Notes: a model not told the origin generated them from the letters alone. 63,947 bases of DNA, filler included, from Choristocarpus tenellus KU-1152 (GCA_964200185.2; 11 parts of 11 records of this genome joined end to end with filler, not necessarily neighbours in it), one strand, 5' to 3'; positions 1-12,948 are shown, counted from the first letter of the whole stretch. Translations and numbers: made by a program.

Positions 1-1354
1 TATTGTCCTATTTTTGCATACTCCCCCATGAGAGTGCAGGCAATGAAAGAGTTGCTGGAACTCTCAAACCTAAAACATCTTATTGTGCACACTCCCATTC
101 TGCACACTTCCCCATGAAAAATGGAATTAAAAGACGTCAGATTGGTTCAATTCTCACACACATCACATTTATCTTGTCAACGCAATAAAAGAACACTGAT
201 TGCTTGAACTCAAACATACGTCATTCATCTAGTCAACGCAGTGACGTACAATCGTGTCCCATGATGACCCCTCGCTTAGTTTATGGTTAAATCCTTGAAC
301 CAGCCCCCTTTTGCTGTTTCTCTTGTTGGACGTAGCACTCACTCCCCCAGGCTTGAAGACTATCATAATTGAATGTCTTGTACATCCTCTTGTTGAATGA
401 AGTCCTTTGCTAACAACCTTCCTCGCCAGGGTGCCTCTGATATGGAAGATGGTTCTTGATGGTCTGGAGTAGATATCATTTACTTACAAGACTTCCAAGT
501 CTTGTACAGGCAGCCCTTTGCTGACAAGCTTCCTCTGGTTTTCTTTTCTGGCTCCAACCCTGGTCCAGCTAATTCCTCCGCCTGTTAAGACGGTGTCGCT
601 CTCCTCTGGCGACAAACGATCTAAGGGTTTCCTTTACCTCCACAGTTGTAGCATATTCCTTCAAAAGAACAAGGACCAATATGCTTGATCAGACCACAGT
701 TTAAACATCTTCTGTTGGCCCTGATCTTTGTTGTAATATGGTCCGTACGTTGACCAGTTGTACCTTGGCCGCCTCTTCCGCTGACCTTCTGTGTTCTCTT
801 CCATAAGTTTATGGTCCCAGCGGCTAGAGTGCTCCCAGGCTCCCCACACGGTTAGCTTCTCCTTTCCTTTCTGGTGGAGGCTTAGTTACTGCTCCTGCTA
901 ATGTCCTGCTCCCCTAGTGGCGGATACAGTAATTGCTTTTCTCATTCCGTAGCAAGAATCTAGGGGTCTCTAATCGAGGGGCGTGCCCCCTTCAGGGACA
1001 AATGTTGTGACGACTGCTCTAGGTCCATAGGCAGATTCTTGCGGCTCAGACTCCGACTCAGGCTCAGGATTGCAGCTCTGGCTGCATTGCCTCGATTAAC
1101 TCCATCATCTTGTCCCAGGGTCCCACTGCTAAATATTTGGCATGGCATACCACAGGTACCCAAAGTATCTTCTTGACCTCCAGTTCTTGCTTGTTATCGA
1201 TTGTACCATATCTCATGTCTCCTTAGCCTCCGACTTCCATTTGTGTTGAAGGTGCAGGTCCACTTTGTTGGGATGACGATGATGATACTATTCTGACAGA
1301 AGCTACCACTGAGCGAATATAAGTATTGACATTATATGATGATCGACCTCTTTG

Positions 1355-2175
1355 TACAAATATCTCAGTCGTGCCCGAGATATCGTTTGTTGTGATCTGC
1401 CCCCCCCCCCCCCCCCCACCCTGTCAGATATGCCAATCTTCATTTATCTATTTTCTCGGGCAAGTTGTTGGAGTTGTAACACATCACAGTGGGCGAATGG
1501 GGCAAGAGGTAGGTGAGAAGCGGTCGCGGGACACAGGCGGCAGGTGGTAGTGAGCAACATGTTGCTGCGACAGAAAGACCACGAGGGATAAAAAAGACCA
1601 ACAGCGAAGAGGTCAAAAATTGGCTGACTGAAGATGAACCAAACAAAGGGAACTCGGTAACAACTTGGTAGATAAGAAGAGTCATCAGGTGATCATGGAA
1701 CAACGACAACACCCCATCACCCACCGTTGGCATTTAGCCTCTCTTCTGCTTGGTTGAACTCCATGTAGACCCGCATCATGAAAGTGCGTTCGGGATCAAA
1801 CTCTCTCTTCAGCACCGTTATTGTATGGTTTCCGTCCAGTGTATGTCCTTGAATGGCAAGCGCAGTTTCGGCGGTGAGCTGGTCCCCGTTACCTAAAGAG
1901 TCTCGCTGGATTACGGCAGATGGAGCAAACTGCTCCAGCCAGTCTTTCTCGTGGATGGTGCGTCCACTGAGCGTTGCTGACATGCGCAAGGCCACGCTCG
2001 TTTAGTGGACACACCATCTCCGTGCATGTGATGTTGCCAAGTTTTATCCGGTACGTGCCAAGGTAGTGATGTTCTAGAAGTGAGGACATGCCCTTCAGAT
2101 TGCTGTCCCAAGTTCTCGATCCGTGGGCAGCGCCGTCGGCGGGTGGGTGGGTTGTTATTTTTGCTGGACATGGCG
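1355..2175 (-). pseudogene. Decayed gag-like ORF1 of a non-LTR (L1/Tx1-like) retrotransposon with two CCHC zinc knuckles
   Basis: Overlapping frameshifted minus-strand ORFs (1911-2219, 1889-2089, 1717-1995) lead into CRLCPATASHL-x-SCP. A second knuckle, CYN(S)NNLGHD*DIC (CX2CX4HX4C), appears once the 1377-1460 insert is removed. Stops and frameshifts throughout. Confidence 0.5.
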
Positions 2176-2268
2176 AAGGTTGGGAGGATGTGACGGGGAT
2201 CGGTAAATAACAGGTGCACGTGGTATGTACTGAAGAGAATGAATTGAAATGAGGACTGAGGGAAGGGA

Positions 2269-2751
2269 GGTGCTGCTTTATTTCATCTGGGCATTCGGTC
2301 CTTAAAACTCAGATTTGTCTTTCCCTTGACAATTTTGTTAGAAAAAATACGAATATCGAACAGCATACGATTTCATATTGGAAAGAGAGAGAGAGCAACA
2401 GTTTTTTGTGACCTTTTCATTTCGTACCTTTCAAACATATTGGATGAATGAAGGATGTGGTTTGTAATTGTATTTGTTGATGTAAAGATTAGAATATTAT
2501 TATTATTTTGGTGCTGCTTTATTTCATCTGGTCGGTCGGTCCTCGAAACTCAGATTTGTCTTTCCCTTGACAATTGTGTTAGAAAAAATACGAATATCGA
2601 ACAGCATACGATTTCAAATTGGAAAGAGACAGAGAGTAACAGTTTTTTGTAACCTTTTCGTTTCGTATCTTTCAAACGTATTGGATGAATGAAGGACGTG
2701 GTTTGTATCTGTATTTGTTGATGTAAAGATTAGAATATCATTCTAATTTTG
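2269..2751. repeat. Tandem duplication, two ~241-bp units (2269-2509, 2510-2751)
   Basis: Both units start GGTGCTGCTTTATTTCATCTGG and end GATGTAAAGATTAGAATAT..ATTTTG, with scattered substitutions only. Confidence 0.95.
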
Positions 2752-3149
2752 TAAAAACCCTAAAGCACGTGTTTTGGGTGTTCAACGGTAATCAAGATTA
2801 GTGCTAATCTTGAATACCATAGATCCGCTTTTTTGTGGTCTCTAGTGTTTATTTAAATATAAATCCGCTTGGCGTCTTTAGTATTTAAGTAAATAGTGGG
2901 TACCAGTTGGAAAGACTCCTTTTAGTTTCTGAAAATTGGAAACTTGCGAGACCCATAAAGTGCGTTCTTAGTATTTTTAATAACCCTAGGAACGGTTATT
3001 ACTGGATTTACTATTTTAAAAAACCCTAACGCATATGTAAAGTGGATCTTTGGGTATTCGTGATTAGCGCTGATCCCTTTTAACCAAAGAAGCACTTCTT
3101 ATCGACTCTAAAGCTTATGACGATCGATATGTCCGATTTGGTAAGATTT

Positions 3150-3325
3150 GACCCAAAGTATCTGTATGGGGGGAGTGGTCTACACCAGGGTGTCCATTTG
3201 GGTCAAATCAGGAAAAGTGCGTTTACATTATCCATCCGACGTATGCAATCAAATCACCCCAAAATCGCGACATTAAAAAAGTGACCCCAAATGGACAGTT
3301 GCCACCCCCCCAGATACTTTGAGCC
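3150..3325 (+). mobile_element. MITE family A, complete copy
   Basis: TIRs GACCCAAAGTATCTG / CAGATACTTTGAGCC, inner TGTCCATTTGGG / CCCCAAATGGACA, flanked by TTT on both sides. Five other full or partial copies in the window. Confidence 0.9.
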
Positions 3326-3605
3326 TTTTGTACTTCAAATATGCAGAGGGTTAGAGTTGTTTTTTGACGTTTGTTTACTGAACATTGGAAACATACAAGA
3401 TGAATTAAGTATGCGCTTTGTATTTTAAACAATTTGTAAGTACGGATATAATAGGATTTACAACTTCCTAAAACCGTAATGCACGGATTTTCAGGATCAT
3501 GGATCTCAGGGTGGTCCGACGGATCGCGCGGAGCTCAAATAAAGTTTATACGCCCAGCTTCGAATCTAATCACTCCTAGACCTTCTCACTGCCCAAGACT
3601 GCCTG

Positions 3606-3705
3606 NNNNNNNNNNNNNNNNNNNNNNNNNNNNNNNNNNNNNNNNNNNNTTAATTAATTAANNNNNNNNNNNNNNNNNNNNNNNNNNNNNNNNNNNNNNN
3701 NNNNN
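3606..3705. other. Artificial contig spacer
   Basis: 44 N + TTAATTAATTAA (stops in six frames) + 44 N. Confidence 0.98.
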
Positions 3706-3908
3706 ACGATCAAACGAAATCATTGCCGCCCCCCACACACTGTCCTACTACCACCTTCGGCATGGATTCCCATTCAAAAAGGGGCCCTTAAAAAGTGCCG
3801 CAACATTTACAAAAAAAAACATATGGACACTTTCCGCGCACCATTTTGGGTCAAACTCATCCTCCATAGTATGTATGCTCCATCCTCAATTTTGCTGAGA
3901 GTCTGTTA
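3706..3908 (-). mobile_element. Dispersed repeat family F (putative DNA element end)
   Basis: Reverse complement matches 40849-40985, 17596-17670 and 61149-61205. All copies share the terminus TAACAG. Confidence 0.7.
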
Positions 3909-6352
3909 TATGCGAAGGAAGTAAGCCATACTATAGCAGCGCAGAAACTCCGTTGTAAGAATAATGCATCATGTATTACAATAATGCTACTCCAACAAGA
4001 TGGTGTGTATTCATCAATAGTGAGTTGGTGTGAGATGCACGATGATACATGTACATATATAAATACACTAGTATGTGCTCATCATGTTGCATGGATGGAT
4101 CGAAGGTCTTGCATGCAGGCAAAGAATCTTGAGACAGATGGATAATGACTGCAGCTGTTGTAGTACTTTTGTGCAAACTTTTTTTCATCCCCTGAGAAGG
4201 GGGCACACAAGAAACACTTGGTAAGAAACAAAAAAGTTTAACATAGAAAACATGAACGAAATAGGCAAGTTTAGAAGAAATATCAACCATGAATAGTATC
4301 CCACACTGCACCACACAAAAGGGGGCAGCAATAATAACCCTTCCCTGCCTACTTCATTCATCATCATCCAGCAAATCACACTCAAGCCCGAGATAAAAAA
4401 ATACAAACTACTCAAGCTGCGCCACAAACCCACAAGGAGGGGAAAAAGAAGACACATCAGAATATACCATCAACAAATCAGAGCATACACATCAAACACC
4501 AAGCAGTAGCAGCAGTAGCATTTCCTCCAAGCAAGAAGATCAAACTGGAAAAGACAGAGGGAGCAAACCTTCCACTTGAAAGCAAAAAACAATCATGATA
4601 GTACTCAGGGGCGCATGCCAAGTGCCACTCAATCAATGGCAAGACATTGGGTTGCTCAGCGATCCCTCCTGGCATTCTTCTACGCTGATGTCATTGGAAT
4701 CATGGTAAGCAACATTCTGGGGTGCAGGACAGATATGAAGAGGAAAACATGCATCAACAGAACAGTGTACAGGATAAGGCTGCTAACACCTTCTACTCCC
4801 ACCCGCATTAGTGTCATCTGTTGGGCATGCTGATCATCAACATGAATTATATCCTCTAATGCAAACCACCCGCCAGCCTGCCTGGCTTCCTCACTTGTGC
4901 CTTCAACTGAGTCCAGTTACCTACTTTACTTCACTACTAATATGCCTAGAAGTGAAACAAGCATAAAGGAAAACAGGTATTACCTTCTACCCACCACATC
5001 TTTCAGTGTTTTCCTTGACAACTAGCCACAGTGAATGACGAAGCCCCAGCGCACAAGTAGTATTGGCAGTAATAAAAGAGTTGTAGGGCAGACTCAACAC
5101 ATCAACCATCCAAATCACACCACCAGAAAACGCTGGAACCTCTCCGCACCAACGAATACCAATTCTCAGATCACAAGCCCCACATATTAATGGGACACGC
5201 AAGACAACACTATGCATCAACACAGGTTGATGGAGCGGACATGCAGCCATGCAACCCAAGCTCGTGACAACTCCGATACACAACAGGTGGTTGTGAGAGG
5301 ATACCTACTTGGCAAGAACACTGATAGTGCTACTGCAGTCCACAGGAGCAATCTGATGATGGTCAACACATCCATACACTCATCATCAGGCCAAACCTAC
5401 AACAAGACAGGCGCTAAAAAACACTACTATGGGCAGCAGTAGCAACAGCAGCTGCCTAAGTCCTCACAATTGTTCACACATGACCCCACATTATTTGATA
5501 TGCTCCCAAGCAGTAAGGACGTCTAGCCTTAGCCATATTGTTGCAAAATATCAGCAGCACCATCACATGCAGAGACACCAGACCAGCAAGAAAAAACACC
5601 TGAGTGGAACAACAGCAGCCCCTCTATCACATACACACATCGCAATTTTGTTTCCATCCCACAATGCACACACTATCAGAAGGTCTTGCGATACACTCAG
5701 CTTGCCATAGATGGAAAATAAAACATCCTCATAGCCCATGACTAGCTAAACTTAGCTCTTCCCATCATGCACAGCTAAAGCCACATTACTAGGCTAGCTT
5801 CCACTAAAGCCCACTTTTGGTTGCCCTTGCAGGAATTGCCACCAAGCCTGCTCAGGCTTGTCATCCAGAATATTGGAATAATTTTGCTAACACAAGGCAG
5901 TGGGGTGGGTCAAGACAAAAAGCAAGTCGGTCATTGCACTTCACCCCCCCAGGCACAGCTCTCTAGCAAGCATTTTTCTAACTCAAAATAGAAATTTCTT
6001 CCACAACCTAAAACCTGCTGTTCTTTCCTTCAGCCTCACCCCTCACCTGGACCTCCCTACCCATTGCATATATTGTTACATCACACAACAAACTGACACT
6101 TGTTTAAAACAAAAAAACACACATGCTCAAAGCAAGATGTCGGAACAAGGCCTGTTTTATTTCTTTTTATTTTCTTCGATATACAAACATATATGTTACT
6201 CTTTCCTCATCACAACCTCCAAAGCCCCTACACTATCAGCTCTGAGTCCATGCTTCTCACAGGTCACTTCTTACTGTCCTTCGTATGTAACTCAGGCACA
6301 AAGGAACGTTGGGCGGCCTGGCAGCCCTTTAGGGGTCATTTGAAAGAGAGCT

Positions 6353-7725
6353 TCAAGGAGAAGGACCAAGGAGGAGCGTTGCCAATGAGGTCGGAGGTGA
6401 TTGCCTCACTTTTGGTATCTTGGATGTCCTGTTGGTCACCTATCACAAAGGGTTGTGAAGTGATAGCCGGTGAAAAAAGTCAGTAACACAACCCACAAGG
6501 TAGACAGACAAGAGTGATGACCGACATCGACAGAGGGGAGAGGGGGCTGCCATAGGCAAACAGCATTGTGTCACCACACCAAAAAAAAAAGATTAGAACC
6601 AAGACACCCTCACTGTGCTCACAAGACCTTAACCCATAAGCACACCCATACACAAGTGCATGTGCATCATCCAAAGCACACCGCCAGTCCCCACTGGTAT
6701 AGTCCACAATAACTAAAAATGGTCACGAAGGGTGCACACTAAATGAAAAAGGTGAAACAAAAACAACCAGCAGAAAACAGAAAAATCTCACAAAAAACGC
6801 CTTCCTCTACCCATTGAAGTGTCACTTTCTAATAGTACCTCACCTTCGGTATGTCCACAACATCCACTGACATCAAATTTCCCCGACAAAGCACATCACT
6901 GCCATTGCCCCCCACCCCGTCCCCAACTTGAGAAGAAATACCACAATATCGGTCCATTGGCATTTTGTTCCTCCCCCCCACAACTTCCTGGTGGTGGTTA
7001 TGGCAGTTATTACTTTCCCCCTCCACGGACCCAAAGAACTCCAGCCTCGTGCCACTCGCCCCTGCTGCTGGAATCTCCTTGTAAGTGCTTGTGTAAGCAT
7101 CTTCATACATCCCTGCCTCACCAACTGTTTCGGCCTTGGTGGGAAAGTCATCCTGATCAGACCACCTCCGTCTCCCAGAAGCACTCCTACCCGAATCATC
7201 AAGGTCGGCATCACCACCACTATCCAACGACATACCCACAGGGGGAGGAAAATAGGCATCTATTGACGAAGACCACGCTGTGTCTTCCCCCCTCCCTGCT
7301 ACAGCAGGCTCACTGGAGGTGGATTGGTCGCACCAGGTTTCGAACGAAGGTACTATATCCATGGATATAGTCGGCACTGCCGCAGCTGTCACCACTGCGA
7401 CCGGAGCTGTTGTTGCCTCAGAACAACTTTCAACCCTCTTCCCATCACTACCACCACCACTACCATTACCACCACCACCAGGGCTGCTACGAAGCGATAA
7501 ACCTCTTGACTCACCGACCTCATTCCTTGACCGAACTCTCCCTAGGATGCCCTTGCCCCTCGTTTTGAGCGACTCTTCCATGATCATTGCCTGCATACTG
7601 GTCTCCATTTCATCCAGGTTGAGGACCCCCCTCACAACCCCCCCCTTCTCCCACATCTTCCCCCCCAGCCCACCCCCACCTTTAAGTTCCACTTGTTCTG
7701 CGTGCATTGCTTGCCACTTCTTCCC
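6353..7725 (-). CDS. Hypothetical low-complexity (G/S/E-rich) protein, 3' part; exons >7725-6844 and 6439-6353
   Basis: Open frame of about 290 codons running from the contig edge, ending IPK|GTGAG (phase 0). A TAG acceptor gives in-phase VTNRTSKIPKVRQSPPTSLATLLLGPSP*. No recognisable domain. Confidence 0.6.
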
Positions 7726-7825
7726 NNNNNNNNNNNNNNNNNNNNNNNNNNNNNNNNNNNNNNNNNNNNTTAATTAATTAANNNNNNNNNNNNNNNNNNN
7801 NNNNNNNNNNNNNNNNNNNNNNNNN
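7726..7825. other. Artificial contig spacer
   Basis: N44-TTAATTAATTAA-N44. Confidence 0.98.
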
Positions 7826-7868
7826 AACACATCCACATACCAGGAATTTCTTATGCGGCAAGAAGAAA

Positions 7869-8042
7869 GACTCGAAGTAACTGGGGGGGGGGGTGGAGAC
7901 TGTCCATTCGGGGCGCATTTTTCCATCTCGCGTTTTTGGGTGATTTGGTTGCATGCGTCGGATGGATAATATAAGTCCACTTTTCCTGGTTAGGGTCCAA
8001 ATGGACACCCTGGTGTAGACCCCCCCCCAGATACTTTGAGCC
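7869..8042 (-). mobile_element. MITE family A, complete copy
   Basis: Reverse-orientation match to 3150-3325. Ends GACTCGAAGTAACTGGGG / CCCCAGATACTTTGAGCC. Flanks AAA/GAA. Confidence 0.85.
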
Positions 8043-8419
8043 GAATGCGAAGGATGCAAGGGGAAGTTGAGTAATGTTTAAAGCTGATGTGTTCACAATA
8101 AGATAGTTTGGAACAACACGATCCGGCTCGAGGGAATTTCTCTCTTGCCTCCAAAAGGAGGACCAAGTGATAACAGATGCAACAGTGGTTTCATGTCCTG
8201 GTTGTGGCAAGTTATGGTTTGATAAATCTCTATTTGTTTAAGCTGTATGTCCTAGATTTTATGTTTTCTTCAGATTTTCCCGACATAGACATCAAGTCCT
8301 TCGATATCCTACCATGTATATGCTTTGTCCTTACTAACTGAGGAAACAGAATCAGCAGGGCATCCGTAAATGATATCATTCCTCACTGTCTCCTCCTACG
8401 ATTCTATGTTATCCTATAG

Positions 8420-8525
8420 GGCTCTCCAGAGCTGCATTTAAGGATGCTGGCAAACATGTGCAAAATTCAACTTTTGTACAAATGCATACAGGGATTTTTC
8501 TGAATTCTGTCGAAAATTTTCAAAC
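8420..8525 (-). mobile_element. MITE family C-related fragment
   Basis: Reverse complement matches 46585-46685 (TTTTCGACAGAATT.AGAAAA.TCCCTG.AT.CATTT.TACAAAA). Confidence 0.6.
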
Positions 8526-9128
8526 CATTGAGACATCAACGCTCTCTAGTCTATCATGGTGATTCATCAATAGAACAAGAGTGAATTGCATAAGATAAAA
8601 AGTGGCTGAAAATTCAAAACAGCCAAAACCTAGGTACCTCTGGCGTACTTTGTTTCTCTGGCAGGGTGACGTGTGGTGTGATCGCTGATATGAAAGGTGA
8701 CCAATAACCAACTTCCCTTCAAGGTTTTTGCTGATTACAAGCGTGCACAAAGGTTCAACCTATTTTTGAAATTTGGTAACAGAGGAATAGGATAAATCCT
8801 GTTCACCAGAACTCATGTGTGCAAGTCCTTGTGAGAAAGGTACTTCTCGACCAAGTATTTTTCCCCCAGGGAATGTGACTGAGCCAAGGTGGGTCAATAT
8901 ACCCGTGCCATTCGTTCCTAGTCCATCCTTACCAGGATCACAACTGTGAGGCTGATCTCCACTCTCTCCCACTCTCAACCTGCATTACAATTTGGCTACA
9001 ACTCAGACTTTGAAGGAAATGATGATATTGGTTGATAGCGAACCTCCAGATCTCCTTGTACTATCACCTTCGGTCACCACGTAATAGCGAGTTTGGTCCA
9101 AGTTGCGTAGAAGGCGAAGGCTGTCCTT

Positions 9129-9172
9129 CAGCCATTGCACAGCCATTGCACAGCCATTGCACAGCCATTGCA
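9129..9172. repeat. Minisatellite (CAGCCATTGCA)x4
   Basis: Four perfect contiguous 11-bp units. Confidence 0.95.
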
Positions 9173-11453
9173 ACATCGCCCTCTTCTTCAAGCAAACCGC
9201 CAGGGGTACCTTTAGTTGCCATTTTGTTGGGGCTCAAGATCCATATGAGTGGGGGCATAGGGTGATCGCCAATCTCAATCTGCGCTTCTCTGATGGTGCC
9301 TTCTTTCTCCAAGTCTTTTTGACTAGGGTCAACAACCTCTTGGGTTGGTTATGCTTTCTTCTTGTCCACCATCTTGGGGTGATCCTACATCTCTGGTGAA
9401 CCCCCAACACAGATTGGTGTGAGCACCACTGTCGTGTGTCCAGGTTCTGTGTGATCGGGGGTGATGAGAACCACTAGAGATGAGATTCAGAAAAGGAGAG
9501 ATGGGACTGAGGCATGCTGGACAAGGGCTGAGAGTCTCACATAGTAACATCTTCCTCAATCCCCAGTATGATTTGCTGCAACCAGTGGGAATGGAATACA
9601 ACCCCCCGACTTTTGTGGTTTGAATCCACCAATCATGTATGGGTCACCGAAAGCTGGTCACATGTCTGACCCACACCGCATCATCTTGACTTGACTCAAA
9701 GGCAAAAGGTGGTGGTCAGAATGAAAACCACTGTGCATGTGGTGTGTCAAATCAATGTGTGAGAGACTATAAAATGAACCAGTAACTGACACTGTTCAAA
9801 TTTCAAGATTTAGGAAGAACAGCCTCAGTCTCAGTCAAATTCAAGTGAGTCCGCAGCATTTAAAAAATTCTCCGTGTTTAAAAAGGCAAAGTCGAGGTGT
9901 TACAGGGGGGATTGCATACTCTGGAGTTAATAAGTGAGAAAATGTTGTCATGATTCAATGGTAAATATGAATGTAAGAAGAGAGCGATATGATTACGCCC
10001 AGGATGTATTACATGTTACCATGCAAGCCAGTATATAATGCTTAAAATTCAACAAATGAAAAATAGAAAAAATAGAACGAAAAGGAGTGTAAAATTAAAT
10101 GGCACCATACCTTAATATTGTCAACAGATCCACACCCAATCAAACTTCAAGTTTGTGCTGCTACTCCTACTAATAGTAGTATTACAAGGTAACGTATAGT
10201 AGACCCTATCACCGAAAATGTTGAGAAGCTATTCATGTACCCCAAGGACAAGACCCTCTGGGTGGGATCTTTTCAGTAATCGACTATACTACAACGCACA
10301 CAACATAAGAGAGCGAGTAAAAAACATGCACATGCAAGATGACATAAACTGGTTACAGTTGGCAACTAACTATGGTTGATGCGACCCATAACCAGTATGG
10401 GTGGCACAAGCAGAGAGCTGTGCAAGCATGAGAGCCAGCGACGGACACATAGATAAGACATGATATTTATGACATTATTATACACTTCTGTATTAGATGA
10501 CATACAACAAATAGACAACCTGAGGCCTTGCAAGAGCATGAACTCATCAGTAACCTACAGCATGAACCACTTTATATATACTTAATCTTAGTGTGGCTAC
10601 ATCACCTCGAAGTAGTATTTCTTGCTGGTTATACAGGCAAGGGCATTGCGACCAGCAAATAGTATGTCACAGCAGAAGTCGAGGAGCGACCCGTGCAACA
10701 AAATCCTAAACCTCTACAGTACACAAGGAGACTGCCTTGAAATACTACTAGCTAAACACTACCATCCCTACAAGAGATGAGCAACCTTCCAGGTTAAGGG
10801 CTCAGAGGTTGGGAAAATCATCTTCGGCAGATACACTCCGCCAAAACAGTTGGAAATCTCACAGAATTCTCTAGCTAGCAGCTGGGTACAGCTCTCCAAG
10901 GATTCGACTGTTTGAAGGGGAGGCAGGTCCGTTCTGTTCATATATTATGTATCATACCACATGCATAACTGCACCAGGGGAAAAAACATTGTGCCTTGCA
11001 TACTATACAAACCAGTGCCAATACAAGTAGTGACAGCTATACAACAAGTGAAGGGGAATGGAGGATCAGTTTCGCACCATGTGCACCCCCCAAGCCACAA
11101 GTGACCTCAGATAAGTCAAACCATAACAACTCAGTTCAACACCCTTCATATATCCCACCACGTATGGAAAAGCCAGGTATCTCTATACAACAAATGTACA
11201 ATAACAGCACCAACAAGCATGGCTCAAATGCAGGGTGCTCTACACTCATTAAATATTCCCGAGAATCTTACAATGACCACCAATTTTGTGATGTGTGTGC
11301 TTGCAAGCACACCCACAGCCTGTGGTACCCAATGCAAAGCAAAGTACCTACAAAAAAGGCATAGAGATGGAAAAAATAAAAAGAGGAAGAGACGAGACGA
11401 GACGAGTCAAGACAAAAAAGTGCCTTGTCTAGCCTTCCTATGATATCCATTAG

Positions 11454-12677
11454 TCATCCCTTGGGTGCATGACTGACAAAACGGTCACCCAAGATACCAG
11501 CACTGCCACTGGTCTCGCTGCTGGAACTGTACAACCTTTCACTGTCGAGCAAATGACCCTCCTCCTCACACCCACTCCTGTTCCTATCCATCTCCAAGTC
11601 GTCAAGTTCAATCATTTTCTCAAGGACTGTACATGCCTGAAATACAAATAGGGCAGCCACGTAGGTCAATCAACGAGCTAGAAAGCTGCTCTTGTCTCTG
11701 GGGATTTCTACTGCTCCTTACAGTAAGGCAATCCTAGAGAGACAGGAAAAAAGTGCATACTGGGTTACTATCATTAGGTGATATGAGACGTTTAATCTTG
11801 TAACCCTAATCCATCAATGATGATTGTTCAACCACAACCTCAATCTCTCTCTCAAGGGAGATCCACAGATGTGGCAGCACATTTTTTTTAAACAAAAGGC
11901 CACACAATTAATACTAGCCAAAATGCACAAAGAAGGACTGTTGGAAGTAGATCAGGCAATTGACATGCTTCATATTGATAGTGGTAGCACAACATGCTTA
12001 ACAAAATCATACTACACAATTAGTACTGGCCGAAATGCACAAAGAAGGACTGTTGGAGGTTGACCAGGCATTTGACATGGTTCATGTCGATGTTAACGCC
12101 CTCTGAATAAAAAAACAAAGAAGAAAATGTGTAGTACCAGGACATACTCCTCCTACACACCTCTGCAAACTCATCCGACTGGTGTAGAGCTCCCAGGAGG
12201 TTCAACTGAAGCATTTCTGATATCTCCTTCTCTGCTTCGAGAAGGAGCGAATTTCGTTCAACTACAGTGAGCCTGTTAAATGCAGCGTAGTCCCTGTACT
12301 GTAGGTGGAAAGGAGGTATGGGGACAGGTGCAAAGGTTGACCACAAGCATTGTGCACAGCAGGTGGGGCGGTATGTGTTTGGCTGTACATAGCTAGAATT
12401 AAGAGGGCATATGCTGCTCTCACAGTTCTGATGCTAAGCTCCTGGTTTACTAGGGGCAGCGCCTTTTGAATCCTCACGGAAGCAAGTCAAGAATAAGAAT
12501 GCCACATGTTCCTATCTTCAAAATCCCACGAGCCATCAGCACAGTGTCTCTACTCCTCAACTCCATGCAGTCTGTTAGATACTTTGAATATGATGGCAAA
12601 AAGCTAACCTTCACCAAATGAGCTTTCAGGTTGTGGCTGATGTTGATCTCCCTTTCTGAGTTGCTAGCAATGTAGAT
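11454..12677 (-). CDS. RGS (regulator of G-protein signalling) domain protein, 3' end; exons 12677-12609, 12298-12161, 11636-11454
   Basis: Three phase-0 CAG/GT exons splice to IYIASNSEREINISHNLKAHLVK|YRDYAAFNRLTVVERNSLLLEAEKEISEMLQLNLLGALHQSDEFAE|ACTVLEKMIELDD...APKG*. This matches the RGS consensus YI.....EINI....A..EI..L...N....F..S..F. Confidence 0.85.
11901..12091. repeat. Diverged tandem duplication (period 112 bp) inside the RGS intron
   Basis: ACACAATTA.TACT.GCC.AAATGCACAAAGAAGGACTGTTGGA...GACATG.TTCAT occurs twice (ATG at 11923 and 12035). Confidence 0.85.
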
Positions 12678-12848
12678 CTGGGGAAGGCAAGAAACCAGTG
12701 CACAAGAACACAAACGGGGAAAGAGAATCAAGAGAGTTGCCCATCGAAGCAAACATACAATCACATAATCAGGGGCCAGGCACCCCCCCACCCCCCCCCC
12801 CCCACCCCCCCCCCCCCAAAAAAAAACAAAAAAAGACAGTAGCAAAAA

Positions 12849-12948
12849 NNNNNNNNNNNNNNNNNNNNNNNNNNNNNNNNNNNNNNNNNNNNTTAATTAA
12901 TTAANNNNNNNNNNNNNNNNNNNNNNNNNNNNNNNNNNNNNNNNNNNN
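12849..12948. other. Artificial contig spacer
   Basis: N44-TTAATTAATTAA-N44. Confidence 0.98.

Noticed and set aside
3910-6340. Numerous 60-150 aa ORFs
   Set aside because: No motifs or consistent splice structure; likely long 3' UTR or intergenic sequence.
7280-7777. Plus-strand 165-aa ORF (and 6819-7370)
   Set aside because: Antisense shadows of the longer minus-strand exon.
9129-9172. CRISPR-like array
   Set aside because: Contiguous 11-bp units with no spacers, in a eukaryotic context.
8560-9720. Possible decayed transposon coding region on the minus strand
   Set aside because: Composition looks coding-like, but I could not identify a diagnostic motif.
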